This document shows, one piece after another, positions 1 through 9,325 of a DNA stretch of 42,038 nt. Positions within the stretch are counted from its first letter, which is position 1. The number at the start of each line of letters is the position of its first letter. This DNA comes from Chrysochromulina tobinii. Lineage: Eukaryota. Location of the stretch: positions 1 through 42,038 of the forward strand of contig JWZX01002188.1 in assembly GCA_001275005.1 (NCBI GenBank), read 5' to 3'. The notes beneath the pieces were generated by a model. That model was given only the letters and a program-made list of their open reading frames with translations, was not told the DNA's origin and made no database searches. The position numbers and the translations under genes are program-made.

Positions 1-3000
1 GCGCGTCGAGCCGCTTGCCCGTGAGCGCGTCGGCAATGCGCGCGTGGTTCGCGCGGAGCGAGCGCGCCCACCAGTCGCGCATCGCCTCGTAGGCGGCGTG
101 CGGCAGCTCGCGCGGCGCGTGGTTCCATGGGTGCAGCGTGAGCGTGGCTGGCGGCTCGCGGCTGCCCTCAAATTCGAGGAGGTGGCGGAGGCCATCGGCG
201 CCGACCCTTGCCACGTCGGCATCGCGCCAGCCGCTGGCCATACGCACGGTGAGCGGCTGGCCTGCGGCGTAGCGCCGGGCGCCGAGCGCGCCGCTGGAAA
301 CCAGCGCCGAAGTAAGCGCGGCCTCGAGCGCGACGGGCTGCAGCCTCTCGACCGCCGCGCGCACCATGCCGAGCGCGGCTTGGAGCTGCGTGGGATCGCC
401 GTTACTGAAGAGCTTCGCCGCCGCGTCCACGCACGACTGCACGGCGCCGCCCGCCTCGCGCGCCGCGTGCGCGATCGTTTGGCATCGCGCCGCGTTGTCG
501 GCGATCTCGCGCGACCGCTCGCCGACGGCGCGCACAGCCGACACCGATTTCATCCGCCCAGCATCGTCCGCCAGGTGGCGTGCGGGCTCGACGAGGTCTC
601 GAAGCGCACGCGCATCGCCGACGAACGCGGCGTCCCAGCCGGCAGCGGGTGGCCGCCACGGCAGCACCGCCTGGCTGCATCGGTCGTAGGCGAGCTCGGC
701 GTCGTCGCCGCCCGTGACGGCGGCGGCGACGCCCCCCCCGGTCGCATCGACGACGCCAAAGCGCGGCCCGCCGCCCGCGCCGCTGCCCTGCCAAGAGAGT
801 AGGAGCAGCGGCTGTCCCTCGGCGAGGCGCAGCGCCGCGGCGGCGGGCGCATCAACCGGTGGCGGCAGCTCCGATGGCTCGACCGTCGCGCTGTCGGACG
901 CGAGCATCTTGGGCAACACTCGTTGCAGTGCGCCCGCAATTCGATCCACGTACTTCATGTAAAGGCCGACCACGATGGCCTTGTCGCCCTTGCCGGTGAA
1001 GGTGGCGCGCTCGATGCGGGCGACCACCTCGTCGACGCGCGTCTCGAGCCGGCCGGCGCTCAAGTCGACGGTCCCGAGGGGGCACCCGCTTCGGAGCTGG
1101 AGCATCTTGGGCGGTAGCTTATCCAGCTCCGCCTTCACCCGTGGGACGACGGACAGCCGCAGGATGAGCTCGCCGCTCACTGCCGACTCGAAGACGCACC
1201 AGCCGCGGCCCTCGTCGTCGTCGAGGCCGGCCTCGCCGTGGCGTCCGTCGTACGAGCGCTCGTTGAAGAGCGTGTCGACGCCGCCGGAAATGTGCGCAAG
1301 CTGCGCCGCCGCTCGCTTGGCCGCTTGCGCCGCCGCGTGCGTTGTGAAGCACACGGTCGCAGGTGGAAACCTGCCGAGCGTGCAGCTGACGATGTCACCG
1401 TAGGCCACAAGCGCCGCTTTGATCGCCGCCCCGTCAACGCCCGGGGCGAGATCGAAGAGGCAGAGCTTGCCGTCGTACTCTGGCGGTCGCAGCGGTAGCT
1501 CCTTGAGCTGCAGCACGGTCGTGCCGATGGCGGAGGCATAGATGTGGCCCATGACGCCAAGGCCTCTCTTGAAGGCGCGTTCCTGCTCCTCGGTGCGCGG
1601 GCTCTGGTCGCTGTTCTGGTACAGCGACGGGAAATCCCAGAAAAGGGCCTCAATGTCGGACCGCTCTTGAAGGGCACGCCACAAGGCTTCGATGCGATGG
1701 CCGGTGGGGTCCGGGTTGCCCGAGATGGGCCAGCCGAAGGAGAACGCGCCGATGGCGCGCTCGCCCTTGAGAAGAAGACGCTTCGCTTCCTCGGGTTCCA
1801 GATGCGGCGAGATCCCGCCCACAGGCTTGAGGTCCTGCCGGCGGACGATGCGGTAGTCCGGCTGCAGGGCGAGCTGGGCGAGCAGCCAGGACGAGCGCAC
1901 GAGGGCAATATCGCCACTTTCGAGCACCTCAGCCAGATCGTTGTCGAGCGCACTCAACTCGCGCTTCACCTCGGGGTCGAGCTCGACGAGCCGGTGACGG
2001 TGTCGGGGGTGGCGGCGGAGCTGGAGGTTGCGGCGGAGGTGGAACCGGAGCCTGAGCCGGTCGATGAGCCGGTCGGCCGCGGCCACATCGAGCTCAGACA
2101 TCGCGGAGCTCTTCGCAGCGGCGGCGGCGTCAGCGTCGGGCGCAGCGGCCTGCATGCCGCCACGGAGACGCACCACGGAGACGCGAGGATGGCGCACGCG
2201 CAGATCGACGGAGATGCAAGGAGAACCACGGAGATGCACGCGCAGATCGACTGCCGCGCGCCATTGGCGGAGCGCGTGCGCGGTGCGAGCGAGCCTAGCT
2301 CGCAGTTCAAGGGCGGCGAGCGCGGTGGCGCTTTGCTTCTTCAGCTCGGGCGTCACCACAGCAGGTCGGGTCGTGATTCCGGCGAGCGCCGGAGATGGAG
2401 GAGAGTGTGAGACAGCCGCCTGAGCCTTGCGGAGAATCATCTTGCGGTGGCGGCGCCGCAGGTAGCTGCGCAGGCAGCAGCCTGGCTGCCTCATGCGCTG
2501 GCGCTCGCGGCCGAGAGCGCGTAGCCACTCGACGTAGTGGCTCAGCAGCGCGGCGCGGCGAGCGCTCGGTGAGCACGGTGAGCACGGCACGCTAGGGGAG
2601 CCTCCGAGGCGAGAGAATGCGGAAGCGGCGAGGGCCTCGTCAACCTGCGCCCACTCGGCAGCCGCCGCCGCTCGCTTCGCGGCGCGAGACGCACGCCGCC
2701 GCGCGAGCCGCTTCGCAAACGCACCGCGCCGCGTTGCCGGCGGTATCGAGGCGGGCAGCTCGCTCGCGCGGCCCATCCACTGGATGCACCACCGGGCCGA
2801 GATCGCGAGCACTGCGATGCACAAGATTCGCAAGATGAACCAGATGCACAAAATGTGGATGGCGATCTCCGCGGCACGATGGACCACGTGTGCGACAGCG
2901 GGAGCCTTGCTCGCCTCTCCGCCTGCCGCTGCCTCCTTCTCGTCCTCCCCCTCGTCGTCGAGCTTGAGGGCGTTGGCCTTGCCCATCGCCTTGAGAGCCT

Positions 3001-3046
3001 CGCGCACCGGCTCGAGCCCCTCGTTAAGGTCCTTTTGACGCAGCAT
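1..3046 (-). CDS. HET/TIR-like domain protein with N-terminal hydrophobic segment, RLRGG motif and RRM-like insert; 3' end lies outside the window (start uncertain: in-frame ATGs at 3046, 3130, 3241)
   Basis: Manual translation of the minus frame is open from >=3046 to the window edge, which is why the ORF track lacks it; the + ORFs 44, 923, 1238, 1544 and 2855 are its antisense shadows. Motifs GAFSFGWP..NPDPTG, LFWDFPSLYQ, FKRGLGVMGHIYASAIGTTVL, GRGWCVFE and FTGKGD match the HET-type pattern (SY.W / W.D...Q / M..IY / RGW..E). Confidence 0.75.
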   Translation of the reverse strand, partial: MLRQKDLNEGLEPVREALKAMGKANALKLDDEGEDEKEAAAGGEASKAPAVAHVVHRAAEIAIHILCIWFILRILCIAVLAISARWCIQWMGRASELPASIPPATRRGAFAKRLARRRASRAAKRAAAAAEWAQVDEALAASAFSRLGGSPSVPCSPCSPSARRAALLSHYVEWLRALGRERQRMRQPGCCLRSYLRRRHRKMILRKAQAAVSHSPPSPALAGITTRPAVVTPELKKQSATALAALELRARLARTAHALRQWRAAVDLRVHLRGSPCISVDLRVRHPRVSVVRLRGGMQAAAPDADAAAAAKSSAMSELDVAAADRLIDRLRLRFHLRRNLQLRRHPRHRHRLVELDPEVKRELSALDNDLAEVLESGDIALVRSSWLLAQLALQPDYRIVRRQDLKPVGGISPHLEPEEAKRLLLKGERAIGAFSFGWPISGNPDPTGHRIEALWRALQERSDIEALFWDFPSLYQNSDQSPRTEEQERAFKRGLGVMGHIYASAIGTTVLQLKELPLRPPEYDGKLCLFDLAPGVDGAAIKAALVAYGDIVSCTLGRFPPATVCFTTHAAAQAAKRAAAQLAHISGGVDTLFNERSYDGRHGEAGLDDDEGRGWCVFESAVSGELILRLSVVPRVKAELDKLPPKMLQLRSGCPLGTVDLSAGRLETRVDEVVARIERATFTGKGDKAIVVGLYMKYVDRIAGALQRVLPKMLASDSATVEPSELPPPVDAPAAAALRLAEGQPLLLLSWQGSGAGGGPRFGVVDATGGGVAAAVTGGDDAELAYDRCSQAVLPWRPPAAGWDAAFVGDARALRDLVEPARHLADDAGRMKSVSAVRAVGERSREIADNAARCQTIAHAAREAGGAVQSCVDAAAKLFSNGDPTQLQAALGMVRAAVERLQPVALEAALTSALVSSGALGARRYAAGQPLTVRMASGWRDADVARVGADGLRHLLEFEGSREPPATLTLHPWNHAPRELPHAAYEAMRDWWARSLRANHARIADALTGKRLDA

Positions 3047-3557
3047 TGCACTTGTCTCGGTCGGCTTTTTTGCGCGGCACAAGTTCACCCGCCGGGGGCA
3101 CTCAAATTCAGCATCCAAAGCAGCCGTCATTTGTCTGTTGCCGCGCACGTTGCCGCGCGCGAGCACCGACGAAGTCGAGGTACTCCAGCCAGAGGCGAAG
3201 CGGTCTCGACTCGCCCAAGTTCTCGCTGCGAACGCTGACATGAGGCTGGAAGTCCCAATTTGGAAAGCTTTCATGTTAATACACACAACACGTAAGCAGC
3301 ACACAGACACACCAAGCTGTGAAAACGTGCAGAAGATAGAAATATTTTCCCCATCTACAGTACTCACTACTCGGAGCGACTCGATTGCGCTGCGGCGGGC
3401 TCCAAAGCAATTCCGTTGTCAGCAGCAAGGAGTCGCGGTGTCCGTGTGCTTTCGGACATTTTGGCTTGCGAAATTCCTGTTGCGATGGAGGACCGTCGGG
3501 AGCCACTGAAAGACCTGGATGCTTGAACAGCGCACGTACTAAGTGCCAGTTTGATCC

Positions 3558-5279
3558 TCAGACGAGCATCTTTGGCACCCACCCCCCGACGAAACGCAGG
3601 GTCCGCGGACCGATCGATGAGGTGGTGGCGTTGCGCTGCGTCAGGTGGACTGACGAGCGGAAAGGCGAGCGGACCACTGACTTGCTGATGTTGTCAAAGA
3701 GGAGGCAGTTGCGCACGACGCCGACCCCCGATTTGATGTTCTCAGGGGAGTTGTCCTCCGCGAAGCCACCCCAGGACGCACACTCCATGCCATACGCCAA
3801 GCCCGTCCACGTGTTGACCCCGACGCAGCCGTAGCGCAGCCCAGCGAGGGCGTCCAAGACTGCAGGCTGGTGGTCCTTCTCGGTCTGCGGGTGGAGGAGC
3901 ACGGTGACGCTCAGATTGCCAAAGATGTGCTCGTTGGCAAAGGGCACGGCGTGGCGCAGAAAGGCCTCCGGCTCGGCGGTGCCCTCGATCCTCACGATGG
4001 CGAGCACGGGCGCGAAGGCCTCGCGCGTGAGGGCATATTCGTCGGCGGCGCACGTGGCGCTGTCGAGCTCGATGAGGAGAAAGCCCGTCGGCGCTCCGAA
4101 GCGCGAGGCCGCATCCGCCGCGATGGCGGAGCTGTGAGGAGCTTCAATCTTTTCGGCCGTCGGGTAGGCCTGCTCGAATCGGGCGAATCGCTCGTGCAAG
4201 CCGGGGTAGTACGGGGGAGGCGCGTGGATCTGGCGCAGCGCCTCCTTGAGGCTCGTGACGAATTTCTCGGTTTGGGCCCACTCCTTGGGCAGGAGGAGGG
4301 CCGTGGGCGAGAGGCAGTTGCACGACGCGTTGGCGACCACGCTGTTGGCGAGCTGCCACGCGTGGTGCTCCAAGTCCGCAGTCGTCCACGCGTCGTCGGG
4401 CACCAGAATCCACGGCGTGACACAGCCGAGCTCGGAGCTGAAGGGCTTGGGAAGGAGAGGCTGCTTGGACGCCTTTCGAGTCGCCGTCTCCGGATCGGAC
4501 GGCAGGCCCCACACCAGCGCGTCGTACGTGGCGCCACCTCCAGTCAGGTGCAGGCCGTCGACGTGAGGATGGTGGGCGAGGAGACGGCCGAGGTCACCGC
4601 CGCCCGTGATGGACGCGAAGGCGCCGTACTCCATCACGTCGGCGAAGAGCGTCTCGAGGAATGCGAGCTGGTGCTCGCGGAGCGGATGGTGCTTGAGCAG
4701 CACGGCCTCGCCGTGCACGAAGAGCTTGTCCATCACGTCGACCACTGTGAGGAACTCTTGGTTGCCCGCGCCGAGCACGAGGCAGAGCTTGGGAGACGAC
4801 AATGGATCACAGAGCGTCCGGCCCTGAGTGGGCTCGCCCTTGGTCCATACCTCCGCCGTCCAACCCAGAGCCCCAAGCGGGTTGAGGTACTTGTCTCTCC
4901 ACGTGCGTGGGAACGCTACCGATGCCGTGTGCCCCTGAGGCATCTGCTTGCTCACACAGGTCGGTGGCGTACCACTACTCACCACGGCAGATAGGCTTTC
5001 GATGAGGCGTGTGATCTCGCTACCAATGTTTGCGGCGATGATCATCGTCTCAGCCAGAATCTGCGCGCGTGCGACGCCTGCGCTCGGGTCAAAGCCCTGC
5101 ACTTTGGAAGACTCCGTTGCCCATGCCAGGAAGTCGATAGACTTGGCGCGCTTGCGGAGACGCTGGAGGCACTTCAGGCGACCAGGGACTCCCAGTTCTT
5201 GCCACGTGCGCTTGCCTTCGTTGAGGCGCTCGAGTTTGGCCTCCACCTCGGGAGGCAGGGCAGTGGCGTTGGCGGGCAT
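3558..5279 (-). CDS. Aldehyde dehydrogenase family protein
   Basis: LVLGAGN, VLLKHHP, HLTGGGATYD, catalytic Glu in SSELGCVTP, catalytic Cys region NASCNCLSP, EAFAPVL, LRYGCVGVN. Likely start MPANAT at 5279; no intron needed. Confidence 0.9.
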   Translation of the reverse strand: MPANATALPPEVEAKLERLNEGKRTWQELGVPGRLKCLQRLRKRAKSIDFLAWATESSKVQGFDPSAGVARAQILAETMIIAANIGSEITRLIESLSAVVSSGTPPTCVSKQMPQGHTASVAFPRTWRDKYLNPLGALGWTAEVWTKGEPTQGRTLCDPLSSPKLCLVLGAGNQEFLTVVDVMDKLFVHGEAVLLKHHPLREHQLAFLETLFADVMEYGAFASITGGGDLGRLLAHHPHVDGLHLTGGGATYDALVWGLPSDPETATRKASKQPLLPKPFSSELGCVTPWILVPDDAWTTADLEHHAWQLANSVVANASCNCLSPTALLLPKEWAQTEKFVTSLKEALRQIHAPPPYYPGLHERFARFEQAYPTAEKIEAPHSSAIAADAASRFGAPTGFLLIELDSATCAADEYALTREAFAPVLAIVRIEGTAEPEAFLRHAVPFANEHIFGNLSVTVLLHPQTEKDHQPAVLDALAGLRYGCVGVNTWTGLAYGMECASWGGFAEDNSPENIKSGVGVVRNCLLFDNISKSVVRSPFRSSVHLTQRNATTSSIGPRTLRFVGGWVPKMLV

Positions 5280-5476
5280 GACCAGCAGCGAGGTCAGGTC
5301 CACAAAGGCACCTTTCCAAGAATCTCGTGCTGAACTTTCCGAGAAATGACGAAATCGCACTTTCACTTTCGTGACGAGAAAAAGGATATCATCGTCCGAA
5401 TCGCTCGAATCTTACTAAGCGCAGCGCGCGCGCTTCACGGCAGCTCCGCGAGGCGCAAAACTTGTGCCGCGCAAAC

Positions 5477-8398
5477 ATGTCGCTTCGAGGCTGTCGGCAC
5501 GTGCGCGAGCCGTCGGCCGAGGCGCTGCGCGTCCTGCGATCGCAAGAGGCATGGTCGTGCCTCACGTGCGGCTCCACCGATGGCGTTTGGGTTTGCCTCA
5601 CGTGCGGGCACGTTGGCTGTGGCCGCCGTGCCCAGCACCCCCTGCTTGGCGGCGGCCACGCTCTTCACCATCACTTCGCGTCGGGTGCGAGGCATGCTGT
5701 GTGCATGGATGCGTCCAGCCGCGCGGTGCACTGCCACGCGTGCGATGACTGGGTCATCGCCGAGCCGCCATGGCTCGCGCAGCTGCGGGCCGAGCCTCTT
5801 CCCGAGCCTCTTCCCGAGCCTCTCCCCGCGCCCGAGCCCGATCCACCGTCCTCGTCGTCAACGGTAGGCGTCCAGACGGTCGGCGTCGAGACGGTCGGCA
5901 AGCGTCCGACGCCGCGCGCGGCTGCTGGCCTCAAGAATCTCGGCAACACCTGCTACCTCAACGCGACCCTGCAGGCTCTCTCCCACCTCGAGGGCTTCCG
6001 TGCGTTCTTCCACGACTTCGTCAAGGGAGAGACGCGCACCGGCTCGATGACGCTCGGCGCGGTGGTCGTGGCGCGCCAATCGACGCCCGCGTGGAAGATG
6101 CAGGCCGAGTCGCAATCCCCGGAGCAGACTCTCGCCTCCGCCTTGCACGGCCTGCTGCGAGCATGCTGGAGTGGCCGCTATGCCGTCATCTCGCCGCACG
6201 CGCTCGTGCACGCCGTCTGGCGGCACACCGACCTCTTCGAGTCTCCGCAGCAGCACGATGCCCAGGAGTTCCTGGGCTACCTCCTCGGCCGCCTCTCTGA
6301 CGAGCTCGCCATCCCAGCCTCGAGCGTCACGCCATTCGTCCTCCCGAGCGCCTTCAACATCGCCCCCCCTGGCCCCAGCAGCCCCAGCTGCTGGTCTGTG
6401 AACGTTCACAGCAGCCCCAGCTACTGGTCACTCATCTTTGGCGCGGCGGCCACCGAATCCACCGCCGCCACCCCCGCCACCGCCGCAGCCGCCGCGCCCG
6501 TCACGACGCCCGCGAAGGTTCCATCGCCCGTCACCTCGGATGGAACCTTCCCATCGCCCGTCGCCATCGCTCGTCTGGCTTCGGACGCGTCGCCTCGCTC
6601 GATCGTGAACGAGCTGTTTGGAGTGACCGTGCACCAGTGCGTGCGCTGCGACGGCTGCGGGCGCACGTTTCGTCAATCGCAGACCTCCGACGGCCTCGTC
6701 CTCTCGATGCCCGACACGGCGCCCGACACGGCGCCCGACACGGCGCCCGATCGGGCGAGATCGGGCGAGATGGGATCTGACGAGACGAGATCCGGCGAGA
6801 TGCACGCGGGTGTGGCCTCAGTCTCGCTCCAGGACTGCTTTGCCGAGCTGCTCGCAGAGGAGAGGCTCGAGGGCGCCGAACAGTACCAGTGCGATGACTG
6901 CGGCGTCAAGCGTGACGCGACGCTGACTCGCTCGCTCGGCGCTCTGCCCTTCGCGCTCGTGCTCATGCTCTCCCGCACGCGCTTCTCGATGGCACGGGGA
7001 CAGTACAAGGACGCACGACACGTGGCCTTTCCGGCGGTGCTGGAGCCGGACGCGATGATCGCTGCAATCGAGGACGAGCGCGCCATGAGGGCGCATGAGA
7101 GGCGTATCCAGGCGGCTACGGACGAATCGGACGCGAGGGCCGCTGCGGCACGCAAGGCGGAAGCCGCCATTCTCTCGGCCTCTATGTCCACGGCCGCCGC
7201 TTCAGCAACCAGCGCGGCTGGCGGCACCGGCGGCGCCAGCTGTTCTGGAGGGCCGCGGCTACTCGAGGCCACGTTGCATGTGAGCAGGAGGGGGAGGGTG
7301 GTGCTGCATCTGGTGCCACCGACTCCCGCCGCCGCCGCCGCAGCCGCAGCCGCAGCCGCCGCCGCCGCAGCCACCGCCGCCGCCGCCGCCGCCGCCGCGC
7401 CTCGGCCGCTCACAGGCGTGGTGCAGCGGTTGTCAGTGAATCTGACGCCTCCAGATCCAGATCCAGATCTGGATCTGGATCTGGCGCCTCCGCCGCCACT
7501 CAACAGTGGAGTGACCCACGAGCCACCAGGTGCCTCGATGGTGTTGCGCGCGGCATCGGATCTCGTTGGCTCCGTACCCGCCGCCGCCTCCGCCGCCGCA
7601 GCCGCCTCCGCCTCCGCCTCTGCCTCCGCCTCCGCCTCCCCCTCCCCCTCCGCCTCCGCCTCAGCCTCTGGCCGCCGGTACCGCCTCCGCTCGGTGGTCG
7701 TGCATTCGGGCCAATCGACGCACGTGGGCCATTACTATTGCTACGGCCACTACGCGCCCGGCACGGCGCCAGGCTCGGAGCAGCCTAGTCGAGAGCAGCG
7801 CGGCGCTCGATACGGCGCTTGGCGGCTGTACAATGACGCGCGCGTGTACACCGCGACCGAGCGCTCGGTGCTCGATGCGGAGGCGTTCGTGCTGTGCTAT
7901 GAGCTCTGCGAGACAGGCGACGGCGGCAGGGCCGTCAAGCCGGAGGAGGAGGAGAGAGAGGAGGAGGAGGAGGAGGAGGAGGGGATCGAGGTGTGGCCGA
8001 GGGAGCTCGAGACGGCGCTCAGCTCCGGCGGCCTCGGCCGACGTGTCACAGCCGCGCTCGAGACGGCGCTCAGCTTCGGCGGCCTCGGCCGACGTGTCAC
8101 AGCCGCGCTCGAGACGGCGCTCAGCTTCGGCGGCCTCGGCCGACGTGTCACGGCCGCGCTCGAGACGGCGCTCAGCTTCGGCGGCCTCGGCCGACGTGTC
8201 ACGGCCGGCGACTGGGGCTACCGGCTCATCATCGGCGCCCTCGTCGCCGCCATCGCGGCCCTGGTGGCGCGCAAGGTCCTTGGCCTCACCTCCCTCTCCG
8301 ATGCTGACGCTCTCATCATCGCAGGGCTCGAAGCGGTGCGCAGCGCGGCGAGCCGCGGTGCTCCACCGGCACCTGCAGCACCTGCGCCAATATTGTGA
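5477..8398 (+). CDS. Ubiquitin-specific protease (peptidase C19) with N-terminal ZnF-UBP, USP44/49/USP3-like architecture
   Basis: ZnF-UBP (CLTCG..WVCLTCGHVGCGR..HA..H..CHACDDWV), Cys box GLKNLGNTCYLNATLQAL, QHDAQEFL, His box YRLRSVVVHSG..VGHYYCY, YNDARV. Confidence 0.92.
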   Translation: MSLRGCRHVREPSAEALRVLRSQEAWSCLTCGSTDGVWVCLTCGHVGCGRRAQHPLLGGGHALHHHFASGARHAVCMDASSRAVHCHACDDWVIAEPPWLAQLRAEPLPEPLPEPLPAPEPDPPSSSSTVGVQTVGVETVGKRPTPRAAAGLKNLGNTCYLNATLQALSHLEGFRAFFHDFVKGETRTGSMTLGAVVVARQSTPAWKMQAESQSPEQTLASALHGLLRACWSGRYAVISPHALVHAVWRHTDLFESPQQHDAQEFLGYLLGRLSDELAIPASSVTPFVLPSAFNIAPPGPSSPSCWSVNVHSSPSYWSLIFGAAATESTAATPATAAAAAPVTTPAKVPSPVTSDGTFPSPVAIARLASDASPRSIVNELFGVTVHQCVRCDGCGRTFRQSQTSDGLVLSMPDTAPDTAPDTAPDRARSGEMGSDETRSGEMHAGVASVSLQDCFAELLAEERLEGAEQYQCDDCGVKRDATLTRSLGALPFALVLMLSRTRFSMARGQYKDARHVAFPAVLEPDAMIAAIEDERAMRAHERRIQAATDESDARAAAARKAEAAILSASMSTAAASATSAAGGTGGASCSGGPRLLEATLHVSRRGRVVLHLVPPTPAAAAAAAAAAAAAAATAAAAAAAAPRPLTGVVQRLSVNLTPPDPDPDLDLDLAPPPPLNSGVTHEPPGASMVLRAASDLVGSVPAAASAAAAASASASASASASPSPSASASASGRRYRLRSVVVHSGQSTHVGHYYCYGHYAPGTAPGSEQPSREQRGARYGAWRLYNDARVYTATERSVLDAEAFVLCYELCETGDGGRAVKPEEEEREEEEEEEEGIEVWPRELETALSSGGLGRRVTAALETALSFGGLGRRVTAALETALSFGGLGRRVTAALETALSFGGLGRRVTAGDWGYRLIIGALVAAIAALVARKVLGLTSLSDADALIIAGLEAVRSAASRGAPPAPAAPAPIL
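8006..8207 (+). repeat. 51-nt coding tandem repeat x4 (LETALSFGGLGRRVTAA)
   Basis: Near-identical units ctcgagacggcgctcagct(c/t)cggcggcctcggccgacgtgtcac(a/g)gcc read directly. Confidence 0.95.
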
Positions 8399-8533
8399 AG
8401 TAGTGAAGATCTGAACATACAATATTCCCTGGAACAGACGTGTAGCTGTAGGGATGGGCCCTTATACTACATGAAAAATAGTAGCCTTCCCTGTCACGGT
8501 CCAGAGAAATTGTTTGTCCTGTGAACAGAACGG

Positions 8534-9127
8534 CTACTCTTTCGCCTCTACTATACGCGCCTCGGGACCCGCGGCCTCGATGCACCGCACAAGCAGCTTG
8601 ATGTTGCCCACGCTCCAAGGCACAAACACATTCAGCCCGTGGTTGGGCTCAAGGTCGACGAATCGTAGGCCCGGATGGCGCCAAAAGTCGTGCCCATTTG
8701 AGACGACGATGAGTTGTTCGGAGCCGACCGCGCGCGCGCAGTCGTGCACGTACTCCACCATGGACCTGCCGAGCCCCTTGTGCTCCTCGTTGCGGTCGAC
8801 GGCGAGAAGCAGGAGCTCTGTGAAGTTGCGTTGGCTGGCGCTCGCACGCCGTGGCCGCTCAACGTGCCGGAAGCACGCTGCGACCACCACGCGGCAACCC
8901 GCTACCGTGCCGATGGCACAGCAGTAAGCCTCGCGCTCCTTGTGCGCGAGCGGCCGCCCCGAAAGGTGACAGTGCATCTCGCCCTTCGAGAAGCCGAGCA
9001 GCTTCGCGATGAGCTGCAGGTTGTCCTTCGTGAGCCTACTCGAGGCGAGGCGCGAAGCGAGCAAATCGCACGCCTTGCGCTTCGAGGTGTCGTCCAAGAT
9101 GATCGTGAACTCGAGAGGTGCCAGCAT
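8534..9127 (-). CDS. GNAT-family (GCN5-related) N-acetyltransferase
   Basis: VVVAACFR, FTELLLLAVDRNEEHKGLGRSMV (motif A, GxG acetyl-CoA loop), followed by DFWRHPG. Confidence 0.8.
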   Translation of the reverse strand: MLAPLEFTIILDDTSKRKACDLLASRLASSRLTKDNLQLIAKLLGFSKGEMHCHLSGRPLAHKEREAYCCAIGTVAGCRVVVAACFRHVERPRRASASQRNFTELLLLAVDRNEEHKGLGRSMVEYVHDCARAVGSEQLIVVSNGHDFWRHPGLRFVDLEPNHGLNVFVPWSVGNIKLLVRCIEAAGPEARIVEAKE

Positions 9128-9325
9128 CACACCGATGAGGTTCGGGTTTGAGGCGGGAATCCGCTGTGCGTGAACGAACCGTGACAAGCATGACAAGCAG
9201 CGAACGTAAACACGACGCATGTAAAAAGAGAAGAGAGAACTGTGATGAATGGCTGTGAACAGTCTTCACGTCTTCTTCGCGCCGGAAATCCATGTCAAAA
9301 AACCGTTCGCATACTCGTCGGCAAG

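Noticed and set aside
44..3238. + strand ORFs 44-802, 1544-2410, 2855-3238 and other overlapping ORFs throughout the window
   Set aside because: Antisense or alternate-frame shadows of real genes in GC-rich DNA; no recognisable motifs.
3558..5279. Horizontal transfer of the intronless ALDH
   Set aside because: Most genes here lack introns and composition matches the neighbours; needs a phylogeny.
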